DNA of 62,670 nt, filler included, from Vannella sp. (Eukaryota), in NCBI GenBank assembly GCA_023345925.1. It is 6 parts of 6 records of this genome, joined end to end, with 100 filler letters (N's around TTAATTAATTAA, not from the genome) between each part and the next. Parts side by side here need not be neighbours in the genome. Positions count along the whole stretch, not along the records: positions 37,357 to 55,908 come from JAJQQN010001062.1; 5 more parts are not named here. The stretch is one strand, 5' to 3'. The position numbers and the translations under genes were made by a program. This document shows, piece after piece, positions 43,282 to 54,612 of this stretch. The notes under the pieces were generated by a model. It had not been told where the DNA came from, made no database searches, and saw nothing but the letters and a program-made list of their open reading frames with translations. Positions within the stretch are counted from its first letter, which is position 1, and each line of letters starts with the position of its first letter.

Positions 43282-45729
43282 TTAGACTCCTGCGGGAAGC
43301 CAGATGTTCTTGACCTGTGAGGAGTTGTGAAGAAACTCAATGCCAGCTGCATGCTTGATATTAGTCCAATCCCTCTCGGCACCATAGTTCACAAAGGTGC
43401 GCTTCAGGTTCTGAGCAGACAAACGCTCGACATGGTAGCTTCCCACATGAGTTCCAAAGTACCACATAGCGTTGACGTCCATGTGTGAAGCAAGGGTAGT
43501 GGAGAGGAGGTCGCGCGATCCTGTAACGATGTTGATGACGCCAGGGGGGACATCAGAGGTGGAGAATACTTGGTAAAGGTCAGTGGCTGCCAGAGGATAC
43601 CGCTCAGATGGGATAACAATCACAGCATTGCCACGAACCACAGCAGGTGCCAAGAGTGAAACGAAACTGAGGAGGGGTTGTTCGTCGGGACAAGCAATCC
43701 CAATGACTCCCAAAGGCTCATGAATTGACACTGTTGCACCATAAAGAGGAGTCTCTTTCACTTCTCCGCCCCATTTGTCAGCCCAGCTAGCCCAATAGAA
43801 CAGTCGTTCAATGGAATGAGCCACTTCTTCCTTGCCAGCAGCGAGCCCAGCTCCTGTCATTGCATCAAGAAGAGCTGCAAATTCATCAGCACGTCTCTCG
43901 AGGTTCTCTGCAATGTAGAAGAGAATCTGGGCACGGTTAAACGCGGCCCGGGTGCCCCAACCTCCGGCTGCGGAGACTGCAGCCTCCACTGCATTCCGAA
44001 TGTCCTTGCGGTTGCCCTCACCAACTTCTCCGACAATCACTCCGCTTGGATTGGTGATAACTCGAGAGTAGTCGCCATCAGAGCGAGCTTGCTTGCCTCC
44101 ATAGAACATCTTTGTGGTTTTGTCAATGCCCGGGAGACGCTTGCTGGCAGAGGGAGGGTCACTTGGACCAGAGAGATCCTCTGTTCCCCAAGGCGCCTTT
44201 TTCTGCTCATCAGTGAGTGGCTGAAGCTTTGGATGGGGGACACTCCGAAGCTTCAGGTACTCATAAAGACCTTCCTTGCCCGCTTCACGTCCAAAACCAG
44301 ACTCCTTGTAGCCACCAAACCCTGCAGCTGCGTCGAAGAGGTTGTGGGAGTTGACCCAGACGACACCAGCCTTCAATTGGAACGCAATGTCGAGTGCCTT
44401 CGCCATGTTCTCGCTCCAAACAGAGCCTGAGAGACCAAAAGCAGTGTTGTTACCAAGATTGACAGCTTCTGCAGGCGAGCGGAAGCTCATAGCAACGACC
44501 ACTGGACCAAAGATCTCCTCTACAACACAGCGGCTGCTGGTTTCGATGTTGTAGATGAGGGTGGGTGGGAAGAAGAGGCCGTCTCCCTGAGCAGGAGGTG
44601 CTTGCACAATCGTAGCTCCTTCTTTGCGAGCCAACTCCACGTAGGACTTGATTCTCTCGAGCTGTGCCTCGTTGACAATCGCACCCATGTCCACGCACTT
44701 GTCCATGGAGTCCCCAACGCGTAGATTGGCGATGCGTCGAGTAAGCTTAGCCAAGAAGGAAGTGAAGATGCTCTCTTGGAGGAGGAGACGTGAGCCAGCA
44801 CAGCACACCTGGCCTTGGTTGAAGAAGATGGCATCCACCACGCCCTCCACAGCGCCATCCAGGTCTGCATCATCAAACACAATGAAAGGAGCCTTTCCAC
44901 CAAGCTCCAGAGACAGCTTCTTACCAGAGCCCGCGGTGCTCTCACGGAGAAGTCGCCCAACTCCGGTGCTGCCAGTAAAGGCGACCTTGTCCACGTCGGG
45001 GTGGTTGACCAGGTTGAATCCAAGCTCATTACCTCCCGGCAGGATGTTCAGCACACCTGGAGGAAGTCCTGCGGCAGCCGCAAGCTCAGCAAACAGCAGC
45101 GCAGAGAGTCTGGTTGAGGGAGCCGGTTTCAACACGATGGTGTTGCCCATAGCAAGAGCAGGAGCCACCTTCCAAGCCAGCATCAGCAATGGGAAGTTCC
45201 AAGGAATGACTTGAGCCACCACGCCAACAGGGTCCCACGCCTCACCAATCGCCCCGCCATTCTCTCCATCAAGGAGTTGAGCCCAGCCAGCGTGGTAGTA
45301 GAAGTGGCGAACGCAGAGGGGAGTGTCTGCATCACGAGTCTCTCGAATAGTCTTGCCGTTATCAAGTGACTCCACCACAGCAAGCAACCGACGGTGCTTC
45401 TGGAACTGACGCGCGATGGCGTAAAGGATTTTGGCACGTTCATAGCCAGTGGTTGCACTCCAGGAAGGGAAAGCAGCGCGAGCCGCAGCTACTGCTTTGT
45501 CTACATCCTCTGTTGCATCCCCTTCGATAATGGAGGCGAGCACATCGCCCTTTCGCGCGGGATTCACGGTGGGGCTGTATTCACGCCCCTCTGGATGGAG
45601 AAACTCGTTGTTAATGAACATACCGAACTTGCCATCATTATGTCCTTGAATCCACGCACGCGCAGCGGCATCTGATTCGGGAGCAGGGCCATACTCGAGA
45701 GTGTCCAGCAGAGACGAGCCTGACAACAT
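43282..45729 (-). CDS. ALDH16: ALDH16-family aldehyde dehydrogenase (full ALDH module + second truncated Rossmann module), intronless
   Basis: N-terminal YGPAPES; IPWNFPL; FTGSTGVG; LELGGK; catalytic FFNQGQVCCAGSR; EEIFGPV; then a second ALDH-like domain (KMFYGGKQAR.D..., KDIRNAVEAA, WADK.GG) ending KNIWLPAGV. Confidence 0.92.
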   Translation of the reverse strand: MLSGSSLLDTLEYGPAPESDAAARAWIQGHNDGKFGMFINNEFLHPEGREYSPTVNPARKGDVLASIIEGDATEDVDKAVAAARAAFPSWSATTGYERAKILYAIARQFQKHRRLLAVVESLDNGKTIRETRDADTPLCVRHFYYHAGWAQLLDGENGGAIGEAWDPVGVVAQVIPWNFPLLMLAWKVAPALAMGNTIVLKPAPSTRLSALLFAELAAAAGLPPGVLNILPGGNELGFNLVNHPDVDKVAFTGSTGVGRLLRESTAGSGKKLSLELGGKAPFIVFDDADLDGAVEGVVDAIFFNQGQVCCAGSRLLLQESIFTSFLAKLTRRIANLRVGDSMDKCVDMGAIVNEAQLERIKSYVELARKEGATIVQAPPAQGDGLFFPPTLIYNIETSSRCVVEEIFGPVVVAMSFRSPAEAVNLGNNTAFGLSGSVWSENMAKALDIAFQLKAGVVWVNSHNLFDAAAGFGGYKESGFGREAGKEGLYEYLKLRSVPHPKLQPLTDEQKKAPWGTEDLSGPSDPPSASKRLPGIDKTTKMFYGGKQARSDGDYSRVITNPSGVIVGEVGEGNRKDIRNAVEAAVSAAGGWGTRAAFNRAQILFYIAENLERRADEFAALLDAMTGAGLAAGKEEVAHSIERLFYWASWADKWGGEVKETPLYGATVSIHEPLGVIGIACPDEQPLLSFVSLLAPAVVRGNAVIVIPSERYPLAATDLYQVFSTSDVPPGVINIVTGSRDLLSTTLASHMDVNAMWYFGTHVGSYHVERLSAQNLKRTFVNYGAERDWTNIKHAAGIEFLHNSSQVKNIWLPAGV

Positions 45730-46741
45730 CGCCAGACCAAACAAATGATTCTTATTCGCCTCATTCCCAATCTTGACCTGGAATCGCCCGTATTATCACA
45801 TTTTTACTTATTCTATCGAATTTCATCCTTTTGGACCATTTTCTCTTGGCCGACTGCTTCGTGACTCGTGGGTGATGGTTTGGTGCTCTTTGGTGCTTGG
45901 TTCGTGTTGAAGTGATTTTTGTTGGATTAAGGACTCACTAGGAAGGAGTCTACGAGAAGATTAAGACTGCTTCTCTGCTTCTCTGTTGCTCTCTCGTTTA
46001 AACTGTGTTGACCGCTTTCATGGTGTTGGCTGGTCTGTTTGCATGAGATGCATGTGCCATTATATGCAACGATGCACTCAATGCGCAGGTGTGTTGCATC
46101 TCAGCACTCGCCTTGCTCTCACCATTCGAACCTGCTTCCCACCCAAACCCTGGCTGGACCATTGCCAGTACGCCTTGCGAATGGACCACCCATCTAATAG
46201 CTGAAAGCAGCCGTTAAACCAACCTTTTTGCTCTCGCGTTGCTTCGGCTTGGAGAAGGAAAAAGTACCTGTACTTGAAAGGATACTTGAAGGAGGAACGT
46301 ATATTACAGTACAAGTACAAGTGCAAGGTGGAGTGAAGGTCAAGGACATTGCGTGGGCCCACAGAATCAACGATTAAATCTGCGTAGCAACGAGGAGCAT
46401 GACGACGAAGAGGATGGCCTTTTCAAAGAGCCCTCCAGCAAGGTTGCCACCAGTAGAGTAAAAGGTGACACACTCGAGAGACAGTAGGAACACAGACACG
46501 GCTGTTTGGTTGTGCATGAACTGAGGAGGAATGAAGAGAAGAATGAGGAATGAAGAATCCGAGATTTCAAACGATGGGGACTTTGATTGGTTCCTTTCGA
46601 ACGAATCAAATCCATTGGCCCGTTGTTGATTGGGCAAGACCGATCAAGAATTTTTGAGAAACACTTCCAATTCAATGCCATAACATTACAACAAAAGAAT
46701 AAATCATTTATTCATTTGTAGGGAGCTTTTAGGGCTTGGGC

Positions 46742-47323
46742 ATGGCGAACCAGGCGGCAAAGAAGCAAAAGATCGCGAATGAGGAGTTCCTCTTCCAACT
46801 GTTGATGGGTATTGCGGTTGTCAACCTTGTTTACGTAGGTTTGAACATCCCCAGCATCGCTTACTGGGGCACGTTCACCCTGTGGGACGGGATTGCTTGG
46901 ATCCTCGCATTATCCTTCTGCGTGGCATGCTACATCCTTCTTCGCCTGGCTGCCAAGTGCACATTTGACGAATCGAACAAGCTTGTCAGTGCTGGAGAGG
47001 ATCTCAAGAAGGGAGGCCTCCTGGGTTACCTCTTCGACATGCTTTGCCTCGTCTGCTTCCTCCAACTGGCCAGTACCTTCTCTCGCTGGGCCTGGATACT
47101 TCTCCTAATTGTAAAGCTCTCTCCTTTACACTATTAATAGCTCATACCTCCAAACAGATTCCCATCTTCGCCGTGGTGAAGCTTTGGTCCAGTGTGATCG
47201 GCCCAATGTTGACAGGAGGAAGATCCAAGCCAGTTGTAGAAGTAAGTATCCAAACCCCCTATCCTTTCTCCCTTTGCTGACCGAATGAAGGAGGAGAAGG
47301 GCAAACGACGAGCTCGCAAATAG
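46742..47323 (+). CDS. TMEM208: TMEM208/Snd2 (DUF788) SRP-independent targeting protein, three exons
   Basis: MANQAAKK...N, LVSAGEDL..GGL..YLFD, WILLLI|IPIFAVVKLW and a basic C-terminus KRRARK*. Confidence 0.85.
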
Positions 47324-47416
47324 TCACTCTCAGATAAATCCCATTTTTCGAGGAGGCGCTGCTTTCTGGTCAAGTTCTTGCCCACTCAAAGATCACGAAA
47401 GTGATAGGGAGAAGCT

Positions 47417-49031
47417 TTATTGGTCAGAGGCCTTTCGCTTTTGATTCTCTGAATACATGGAGAACCGTCGCACAACCACATCCACTTTGGAGATATCGAC
47501 CACTTGGAGATGTCCTTTGCCTCCCACTGCCAAGAGATTGGGAGAGTTGCGATCCCATGAGAGAGCAAAGAGCTGGGCCTAAAAGAGTGTGAGTGGATTG
47601 CAGATGGAAATGGGGAACTCTGGCTCACGTTTGAGCTGTCACTTTCGAAGACAAGTGAAGGCTTGTTGTCTGTGATATCCCAGATCTTGAAGGACTTGTC
47701 CTCGGAGCAGGTGGCAAGACAGTTGGGAACAACTTTGTTCAAACTAAGTCCACCCACTGCAGAAGAGTGGGCATGGAGAGTAAAGAGAGTTTCTGCAGGT
47801 GCTAAACTGTCGTATTTCTTCACCATACCATCTTCTGTGCTGACGAGGAACTCCTGGGCGCGATGAGGGTTCCACTCCACCTTTTCCACATCGGCACTCA
47901 ATTTCCAACGATAAGCCTCTCCTGGCGCTCGAATATCCACAATTGTTGCTGTTTTGTCATATGCTGCAGTCAACAAGAGACTATTCGCCCACTTTGTGAG
48001 TCCCAGAGACGGAGAGACTTGAAACAACATACTTGGATTCAGTGGGGTGCCAGCAGCAGGCTTGTACCTTCTCTTTGTGATGTGAGTAGGTGCTGACACA
48101 CTGCTGGGTATCCATATTCCAGATCTTCAAGGTTCGATCAGCGGAGCCACTTGCCAGCACGTTGGGGACATTGCAGTTCCACGAGAGACACATTACAGCG
48201 TCCGTATGACTGCCTTGACGAAGAGATCGCTTAGAAGCACGATCTAACATCTTTTGTTGCATCTGCTTTCGCTGCTTAGCGTTCAGTTTGGCGTAATCAG
48301 CCACATCAGAGGACTCTTCATCCACATCTTCCACTCCACCGAGAGTGGAGGTCGGGACCAGGGCATCCAAGAGATCCAAGTCCCAGATCTCAATCTCAGG
48401 GTTGAATGTGCCAACCGCAAGGCAGTTCCTTGTCCCTGTGGCCGTCTCAGAGCCATCCTGTGAGGGAGGGTGGAACTCCATCCATTCCACGCAGAGTGGA
48501 AACGAAGACAAAACGATGTCATGATGGATGTACAGGTTAGACTCAGCAGCCTCGTACACATACACGTTCACGTGGCTGAATTGGTCCTCCTCTGTGGTGG
48601 CAGTAACAAGGATAGCATCAGTGGATCGAATACGGAGATCCTCCAGATCTTCATCCTCTTCTCCATCATCACCGAGGAAGGGATCTTTGTCTCCTGACTT
48701 GTAGAACGTAGGAGGGACGAAGCAAGGTCCATCCTCCTCCTCGTCGTATTTATCAAGGCTGTACTTCTTCATGATCGCCTCTGTCTCAGCATCATACTGC
48801 ACGTTGTTAGCAGCTTGCAATGCGATGTCTCTCTCATCCATATCCTCATCAGAGAGTTCCTCCATTTCCTCCTCCCTACGCGATCAAGAGTTAGCCCCAC
48901 CGCCTTCAAAAGCAGTCGTAACAAGACCACTTGGGATGATCTTACGAGTCTACCACGTTCTCATCCCTCGCATAGCGACTGGGCAACTCCTTGGCAGCTC
49001 CTTTCTTCACCCAAGCCAGAGACGAGATCAT
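47417..49031 (-). CDS. PWP1: Periodic tryptophan protein 1 (WD40), multi-exon
   Basis: MISSLAWVKKGAA; Y.LDKYDEE; NLYIHHDIVLSSFPLCVEW; AVGTFNPEIEIWDLD; HTDAVMCLSWN; LASGSAD. Confidence 0.95.
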
Positions 49032-49101
49032 TCGCAGGTCAAAAAAAAGTGGCAGAATTGACTGAGACAATGTACAGGCGAAATGGAATCATTTTTATGC
49101 T

Positions 49102-49939
49102 TCATCCAAACACATGAGCGCCTTCGGAGTCGCCTGGGCAATTGGTGCTCATGTCCTCGTCGGAGGTGTAGCGGGCAGGACAGTAGAAGCAGTATATGTG
49201 CTCAGCGCGTAGGTATGTGATGATGTCACTGAGTGCTTCCTCTTTCTGTTCAAACTAGAGGAAGGATGAGGAAGGAGTCTGGTGGCGCCGGAACATGACC
49301 TACCATGAGAGTGGGAAGGCTTGCCAATCGCTGTAGCTCTTCCAAGTCTTCTGGGGCTTCTTCTGGGGGCATGAACTGAGCAGGAAGGAGCCCATTATCT
49401 GTCAACCCCTTCTCCTTGTCTAACGTCAGGCACACGTTCACGGCAGCCTTGAGCTGCCCGTTAAGCCTTCGCTCTTTGAAGTTGTTCTCTTGCGTCTGCC
49501 GGAACCTTTGGACGGTTTCGTCCAGCGAAACGTTCCCGCTTCCGTCCCCTTTTGCTTTCTTTGTCGCTGATTCGAAGGCTTCATCCCCCAGACCCAAACC
49601 AAGCCGGTTTCGTTTGACAAGCAGGTCCAGGGGATTGACAATACCCTCCCCCTTCTTCCCTAAGCCTTCGCCCTCCCTTCCACCCAATGAGCGTCGCACA
49701 CTAGCCAGAGATGGCACGACTCCAACCTACTTGTATCCCATTTGCTTCAGTAGCTTGAACCCGATGTTTGAGTCACCAATCGGCGTTGCCAGAGCCTCCT
49801 CTCGCATCTCGGAGTACTTCTTGGGCTGTGGCAGTGCGGCAGCCTTCTTCCCACGCTGTTTCTTCGCATCCTCCTGCTTCATCAAGTCCAACAGCCCTCC
49901 AGACATGTAATCAGCCTGCTCTTCCTCCCCATCTCCCAT
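49102..49939 (-). CDS. GPATCH11: G-patch domain protein 11-like (G-patch + DUF4187 zinc finger), multi-exon
   Basis: DYMS; EEALATPIGDSNIGFKLLKQMGYK..GEGLGK.G.GI..P; R.GLG; C-terminal YLRAEHIYCFYC...Y..EDM..NCPG. Confidence 0.9.
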
Positions 49940-50012
49940 CAAAGGTATCAAAAGAGGCTCCTTTGCTTGAGGTCGAGAGGAAACGAACGGCTTCTTCAAG
50001 GGCATCACATAA

Positions 50013-51082
50013 ATGACATTGGAAAGGCCATTTGGTACTTGCTCTGGCATGGTGAACCCCGGCACCGCCTTTGAGGCTTCTTGGTTCATTAACGCCCGAG
50101 TCAATCGACCTGCGACAGAGAGAAGAGCGGCAGAGTTGGGAACTCGTCGGTGTGTCAAGAAGAACTACCAGCTGGCATGGGAGATACGCGCGATTCGCTG
50201 CTTGGACTTGACCACGTTGGGCGGGGACGACACTGGCTCCAATGTGAAGCGCCTGTGCTCCAAAGCTCGTAACCCTCTCGACCACAAGATACTCACTGCT
50301 CTTGGTTTGGAGAATGCTGGCATCACCACGGGAGCAGTGTGTGTCTACCCAAGCCGCGTTGCTGAGGCGGGTATGTTCTACCCTGGAGTGCGGGCTCTTA
50401 CTAATAGATTCCTTAGTGCAAGCTCTGGAAGGAACTAACATTCCTGTTGCAAGTGTGGCAACCGGCTTCCCTGCTGGGCAGACTCCTCTTTCCACTCGTT
50501 TGGAAGAGATTCGCTTGGCAGTGTCAGCGTACGTGTGTCCTCCAGCCTTTCTGTGCCCTTACAAGTAACAGAGGGGCTAAGGAGATCGACATTGTCATCT
50601 CTCGTACCCAGGCATTGCAAGGGGACTGGAAGGGACTGTATGTTGAGGTCAAGGCGATGAAGGAGGCTTGTGGAGACGCTCATTTGAAGACTATTCTAGC
50701 CACCGGCGAGCTTCCAACGTACGTTGATGTATACAAGGCGAGCATGGTCTGCATGATGGCTGGAGCAGACTTTATCAAGACCTCCACAGGCAAGGAGAGC
50801 GTCAATGCGACATTGCCCGTCGGCCTCGTCATGACTCGGGCCATTCGGGACTTCTTCGAGTTGACTGGCATCAAGGTGGGCTTTAAACCTGCAGGTGGTA
50901 TTCGTTCTGCCAAGGACGCCACCCTTTGGCTCACCCTCATGATGGAAGAGCTTGGAGAGGAGTGGACTCACCCTACCCTCTTCCGTATCGGTGCCTCCTC
51001 AGCCCTTGCTGACATTGAGCGCCAGCTGTTCCATGGAACCACTGGAAGATACTGTGGAAAGGACTACATCGCCATGTGCTAA
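50013..51082 (+). CDS. DERA: Deoxyribose-phosphate aldolase (long, animal/bacterial DERA type), three exons
   Basis: RCVKK.YQ.AW; CLDLTTLGGDDT; GAVCVYP; VASVATGFPAGQ; EIDIVI; HLKTILATGEL; FIKTSTGKE (Schiff-base Lys); GFKPAGGIR; FRIGAS. Confidence 0.97.
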
Positions 51083-51115
51083 ACCCTAACACACTAAACC
51101 CTCATTTTACGGAGG

Positions 51116-51879
51116 ATGGACGCGAAAGGGGTTTCTCTGTCACGCTGGGACAAGCTGTGGAACTCTGTATGTGTGCTAGGGCTGACAATAGCTGTGTGTG
51201 CGGGCATCTTGATGATCCCGTTATGTGTGGTCTTCTTTGGAGTGGCTTCGGTCAACTTAGTGATGGAAGCAGCCGTGTCTCCCCTTCGTTCTTTGGGAAT
51301 GGCAGCCCTTCGGAGTGAAGTAGCACAGGTGAAGATCGACCCTATCAAAGGGTCAACAAGTAGGTCGAAAGAGGGTGTTGAAGCGAGTCTCTGACGGGAA
51401 TGGAGACATTGCCGGCATGAAGGTGGACTATCGAGTGGACCACTTCAAGATTAACTCATTCTCCTTGAACACAAGCGAAGTGACCTTCAATCTACAGCTG
51501 GGGAAGATCACAATCGACTCTAAACAAGACCAAGTGGAAATGAGCTTCCGGTGGAAGTTTGAAACCGATCTACTGCACGTAGGCGACAGCGGAACGGGTG
51601 TGGGAAGCAGTGACAATGTCCACATGACCCTGGCCTTGAAGATTGCCAGTCTCTCTTCCGTCAAAGTTATCTCTTGCTCCCTCATTGTCTCCGATCTCGG
51701 TACGAACACAGCCCGTGCCCTTCCTTCACTCACCCGGCACCCCAGAACTCAACTTCGACACTGGCGGAAGTGAGTCCTTCCTGTTCGACGCTGCAGTCAA
51801 GTTCTTCCAAGACGTGATCATAGATGAAGTGCAAACCGAAGTTTGCAAGCAACTGAAAGGAAAGAAATTCTCCTTCTAG
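51116..51879 (+). CDS. Single-domain BPI/LBP (TULIP)-like lipid-binding protein with N-terminal transmembrane segment, multi-exon
   Basis: Hydrophobic N-terminus, beta-rich barrel with DSGTG, VISCSL.V..L.L.F..GG and final helix IIDEVQTEVC (BPI N-domain Cys pair). Confidence 0.65.
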
Positions 51880-51995
51880 ACATACACCGTATATTATAAG
51901 TATTTTATTCATAAACCACCAGATGACGATTACTTGAGCGGGAAGAGAAACTTCCGAAAAGCCGTTTTGCAAGTGCGAAGATATCAGAACCTTCC

Positions 51996-52712
51996 ATGCC
52001 TGGTCCCGCTCCATTCGTGAGGAAAACCTTTGATATTGTGTCTGATGCGACCACTGATGAGGTGGTGTGCTGGAGCACGGAGGGGACCTCTTTTTTGATC
52101 CTTCATGAGCACGACTTTCAAAAGGAGGTGCTCCCCAAGTACTTTAAACACGATAACCTGTGCTCCTTCATAAGACAGCTGAACACGTACGGCTTTAGGA
52201 AAGTGAGTGTCTCGAAGGACTCGTTTGGAAGACCCAACGTCTTGGAATTTGAGCAGCCCTTCTTCGTTCGAGACCAACCTGACCTCCTTAGCCATCTCAA
52301 GAGGAAGCAAAAGAAGAAAGATGAACCTCCGGACGCGTTTGAGATATCAGAACCTCCAGAACCCATAGATACGGTTACTTTTGCGACGGAAGATGACAAA
52401 GATGGAGGTACCGATCGATGTCGGATGGCAGCGACTCTTAACACTCTCATTAAGAAGCAACAGGACACAGAGAAGAGTATCGCCATCCTATGGAGTGAAC
52501 TAACAGAGGCCAAGCGAGTCATCCAACAACTCCAGAACAAAAAACGTCCCCGCGACGAAGACCACCCATCCAACGCTCCCCTCCCCAAGCTGCTCAAACA
52601 AGAAGATGCCGATGAATCAGATTGTGCATCCAGCGATAACGAAGAGGGCGACGAAGTCAAAGCAGCCCAAAACATGGCCAGACTGCTCCACACTCCCAAA
52701 CCCTCTCTCTGA
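51996..52712 (+). CDS. Heat shock factor (HSF) family transcription factor
   Basis: PAPFVRKTFDIV, W..GTSFLI, VLPKYFKHDNLCSFIRQLNTYGFRKV and F.RDQPDLL..LKRK; coiled-coil follows. Confidence 0.95.
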   Translation: MPGPAPFVRKTFDIVSDATTDEVVCWSTEGTSFLILHEHDFQKEVLPKYFKHDNLCSFIRQLNTYGFRKVSVSKDSFGRPNVLEFEQPFFVRDQPDLLSHLKRKQKKKDEPPDAFEISEPPEPIDTVTFATEDDKDGGTDRCRMAATLNTLIKKQQDTEKSIAILWSELTEAKRVIQQLQNKKRPRDEDHPSNAPLPKLLKQEDADESDCASSDNEEGDEVKAAQNMARLLHTPKPSL

Positions 52713-52789
52713 AGTCTGCCATAGCTTTCAATCCATGTAAATACAACTCCTCACAGTGAGTGGGCTAATCTGTCACTTTCTTGGGCTCC

Positions 52790-54550
52790 ATGTCCTTGTC
52801 TCGTCTTCATGACGGTGTGTTGTCGTCCGAACCCTTCATCATTGGCTCATTGGAGGGTAGAAATCTTTCTCAAGGACACGCGCTACGCTTGTGGGTACTG
52901 GGAAGAGCATGCGAGTAACTTTGGGGCGATGTTGACGGATCTTTTGACGGAGGAGACCCTCCTTCGTATCATGAAGGTTGCCAAGGAGACTAGTCTCGAG
53001 TTCAATGAGAAGACAGGCGCTCTCTCGAAGGAGGATAACGAGAAGCTGGTCCGAGTAGCTTACAATCGCCTCGAGGCGCTCGTGCAGCCCCAGCAACAGT
53101 TCTCCGTCGACCAAAGTGAAGAAGAGAAGAAGGAGACCTCCAAGCAGCGGTTTAGTGGCAAGAAGTTCCTCTTCTCAGGAATGGCGGCCTACTTTGAGGT
53201 TCTCCTTCTCTCCAAGGACGAGGAGGGTAAGCCACTGAGGGAAGTGTTCATCCAACACAAAGCACGCATGGAGAAGTTCCTTGAGCCTCTAGTTCCAGAA
53301 GGATACGTCCTTGATCAAGCCTGTTCGACCTTTGCCCCTCAACTGATCATCTATTTCTCTTACATTCTGTGGAAGTACGACCAAGCCATGGAAGGCAAGC
53401 TTGTTCAAGACTACTTTAAGAACTTTCAACAGGCAAGAGTAGGTACAAAGCTCCCTCTGAGGGTGAGTCTCACTCGAAGGCTCAGGAGAATCTTGTTCGC
53501 CCTCAAAAGGTGGAGGAGATGTGGACCAATATCCAGCGCACAGCTCCCAATGATGAAGAGGAGATAGAGATCCCAGAGTATGCTGACCAACGACCACCAG
53601 AGTCAGGGCAAAAGCATGAAGCATGGATCTTCCAAGAGTCTGCTGGCCGCCAACGGGAAGCAGTGGAGCAATACTGGACAAGACAAGGCTCAGAGATACG
53701 ATCTGCATACAACCAACTATCCTTAGAGGACAAAAGTGCCCTCTTCTCTGATGTCAGGAGCACGATCAGCCAGATGGGGAAAGGGACCTATCAAAGCGTC
53801 TTAGTTTACTGTCCTGAACTGAACCCTGACAAGCTTGCAGGAGCTGACCATGAGAAAGGAACATACAGCGTCCACTCTTTTGAGGAGTTTGTCGACTTCG
53901 TCCTCCAACAACGAGTTCTTCCCAAACTCTCGAAGCAGACTGAAGATGAGGCGATTCAGATGCTCAAGCACCCTTCCTATGGCGATCCATTCGTCAATGA
54001 CTTGGCTCTGAAACTTGGGGGATCAGCCAAACTCCTCCCCTTGGTTGCTCTCAGCCGCCAGCATCTTCTGCTCGTCTTCTGTCATCTCTCCTTTGCCAGT
54101 TTACTCAAAGTTCCTTCAGAAACTGTACTGGAACGGGTTCCTGGTTGCAGCGAGCTGGAAGAGTCGAACAACGTTGACGGAATGGACTTTAAGTTCCCGT
54201 TCTCGAGCAGAAAAGATCGCGAAGCCACTCCCATTGGCAAACCACCAATACCAGGACTTCAGAAAAGGAACATACCCTCTCAGTCAGGAGAGCAAGTCCG
54301 CCCTCCCAAGATCGAAGAAGTGACAATGGCCCCTCAAACAGCCACCCCTCAAGAACAGGCTCCCCAGCAAGAGAAGTCGTCCTCTTGCTCTGAACCAAGC
54401 TGCCGCAAAGAGAAGAAGGAAGGAGAGAAGTACCAAGTGTGCTCCTTCTGCAAGAAGGGGCCAAAGTCCTTCCCCTATTGCTCTCGTGATTGTCAAGTCA
54501 AACACTGGAAAGGCGGTCACAAGGAAGAATGCTTCAAAAACAAAATGTGA
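52790..54550 (+). CDS. MYND-type zinc finger protein, multi-exon
   Basis: C-terminal CSEPSC...CSFCK...YCSRDCQVKHWKGGHKEEC; the upstream ORF 52809-53567 joins via short introns. Confidence 0.8.
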
Positions 54551-54612
54551 TTATTTCCCTCCCTCGTCTTGTCCGACGCGATCCGAAATATTTTAGTTCT
54601 CCCCACCCCAGC

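Noticed and set aside
43816..45675. Several 90-200 aa overlapping ORFs within ALDH16, and similar ones inside other long genes
   Set aside because: Antisense or alternate-frame shadows of well-supported genes with no recognisable motifs.
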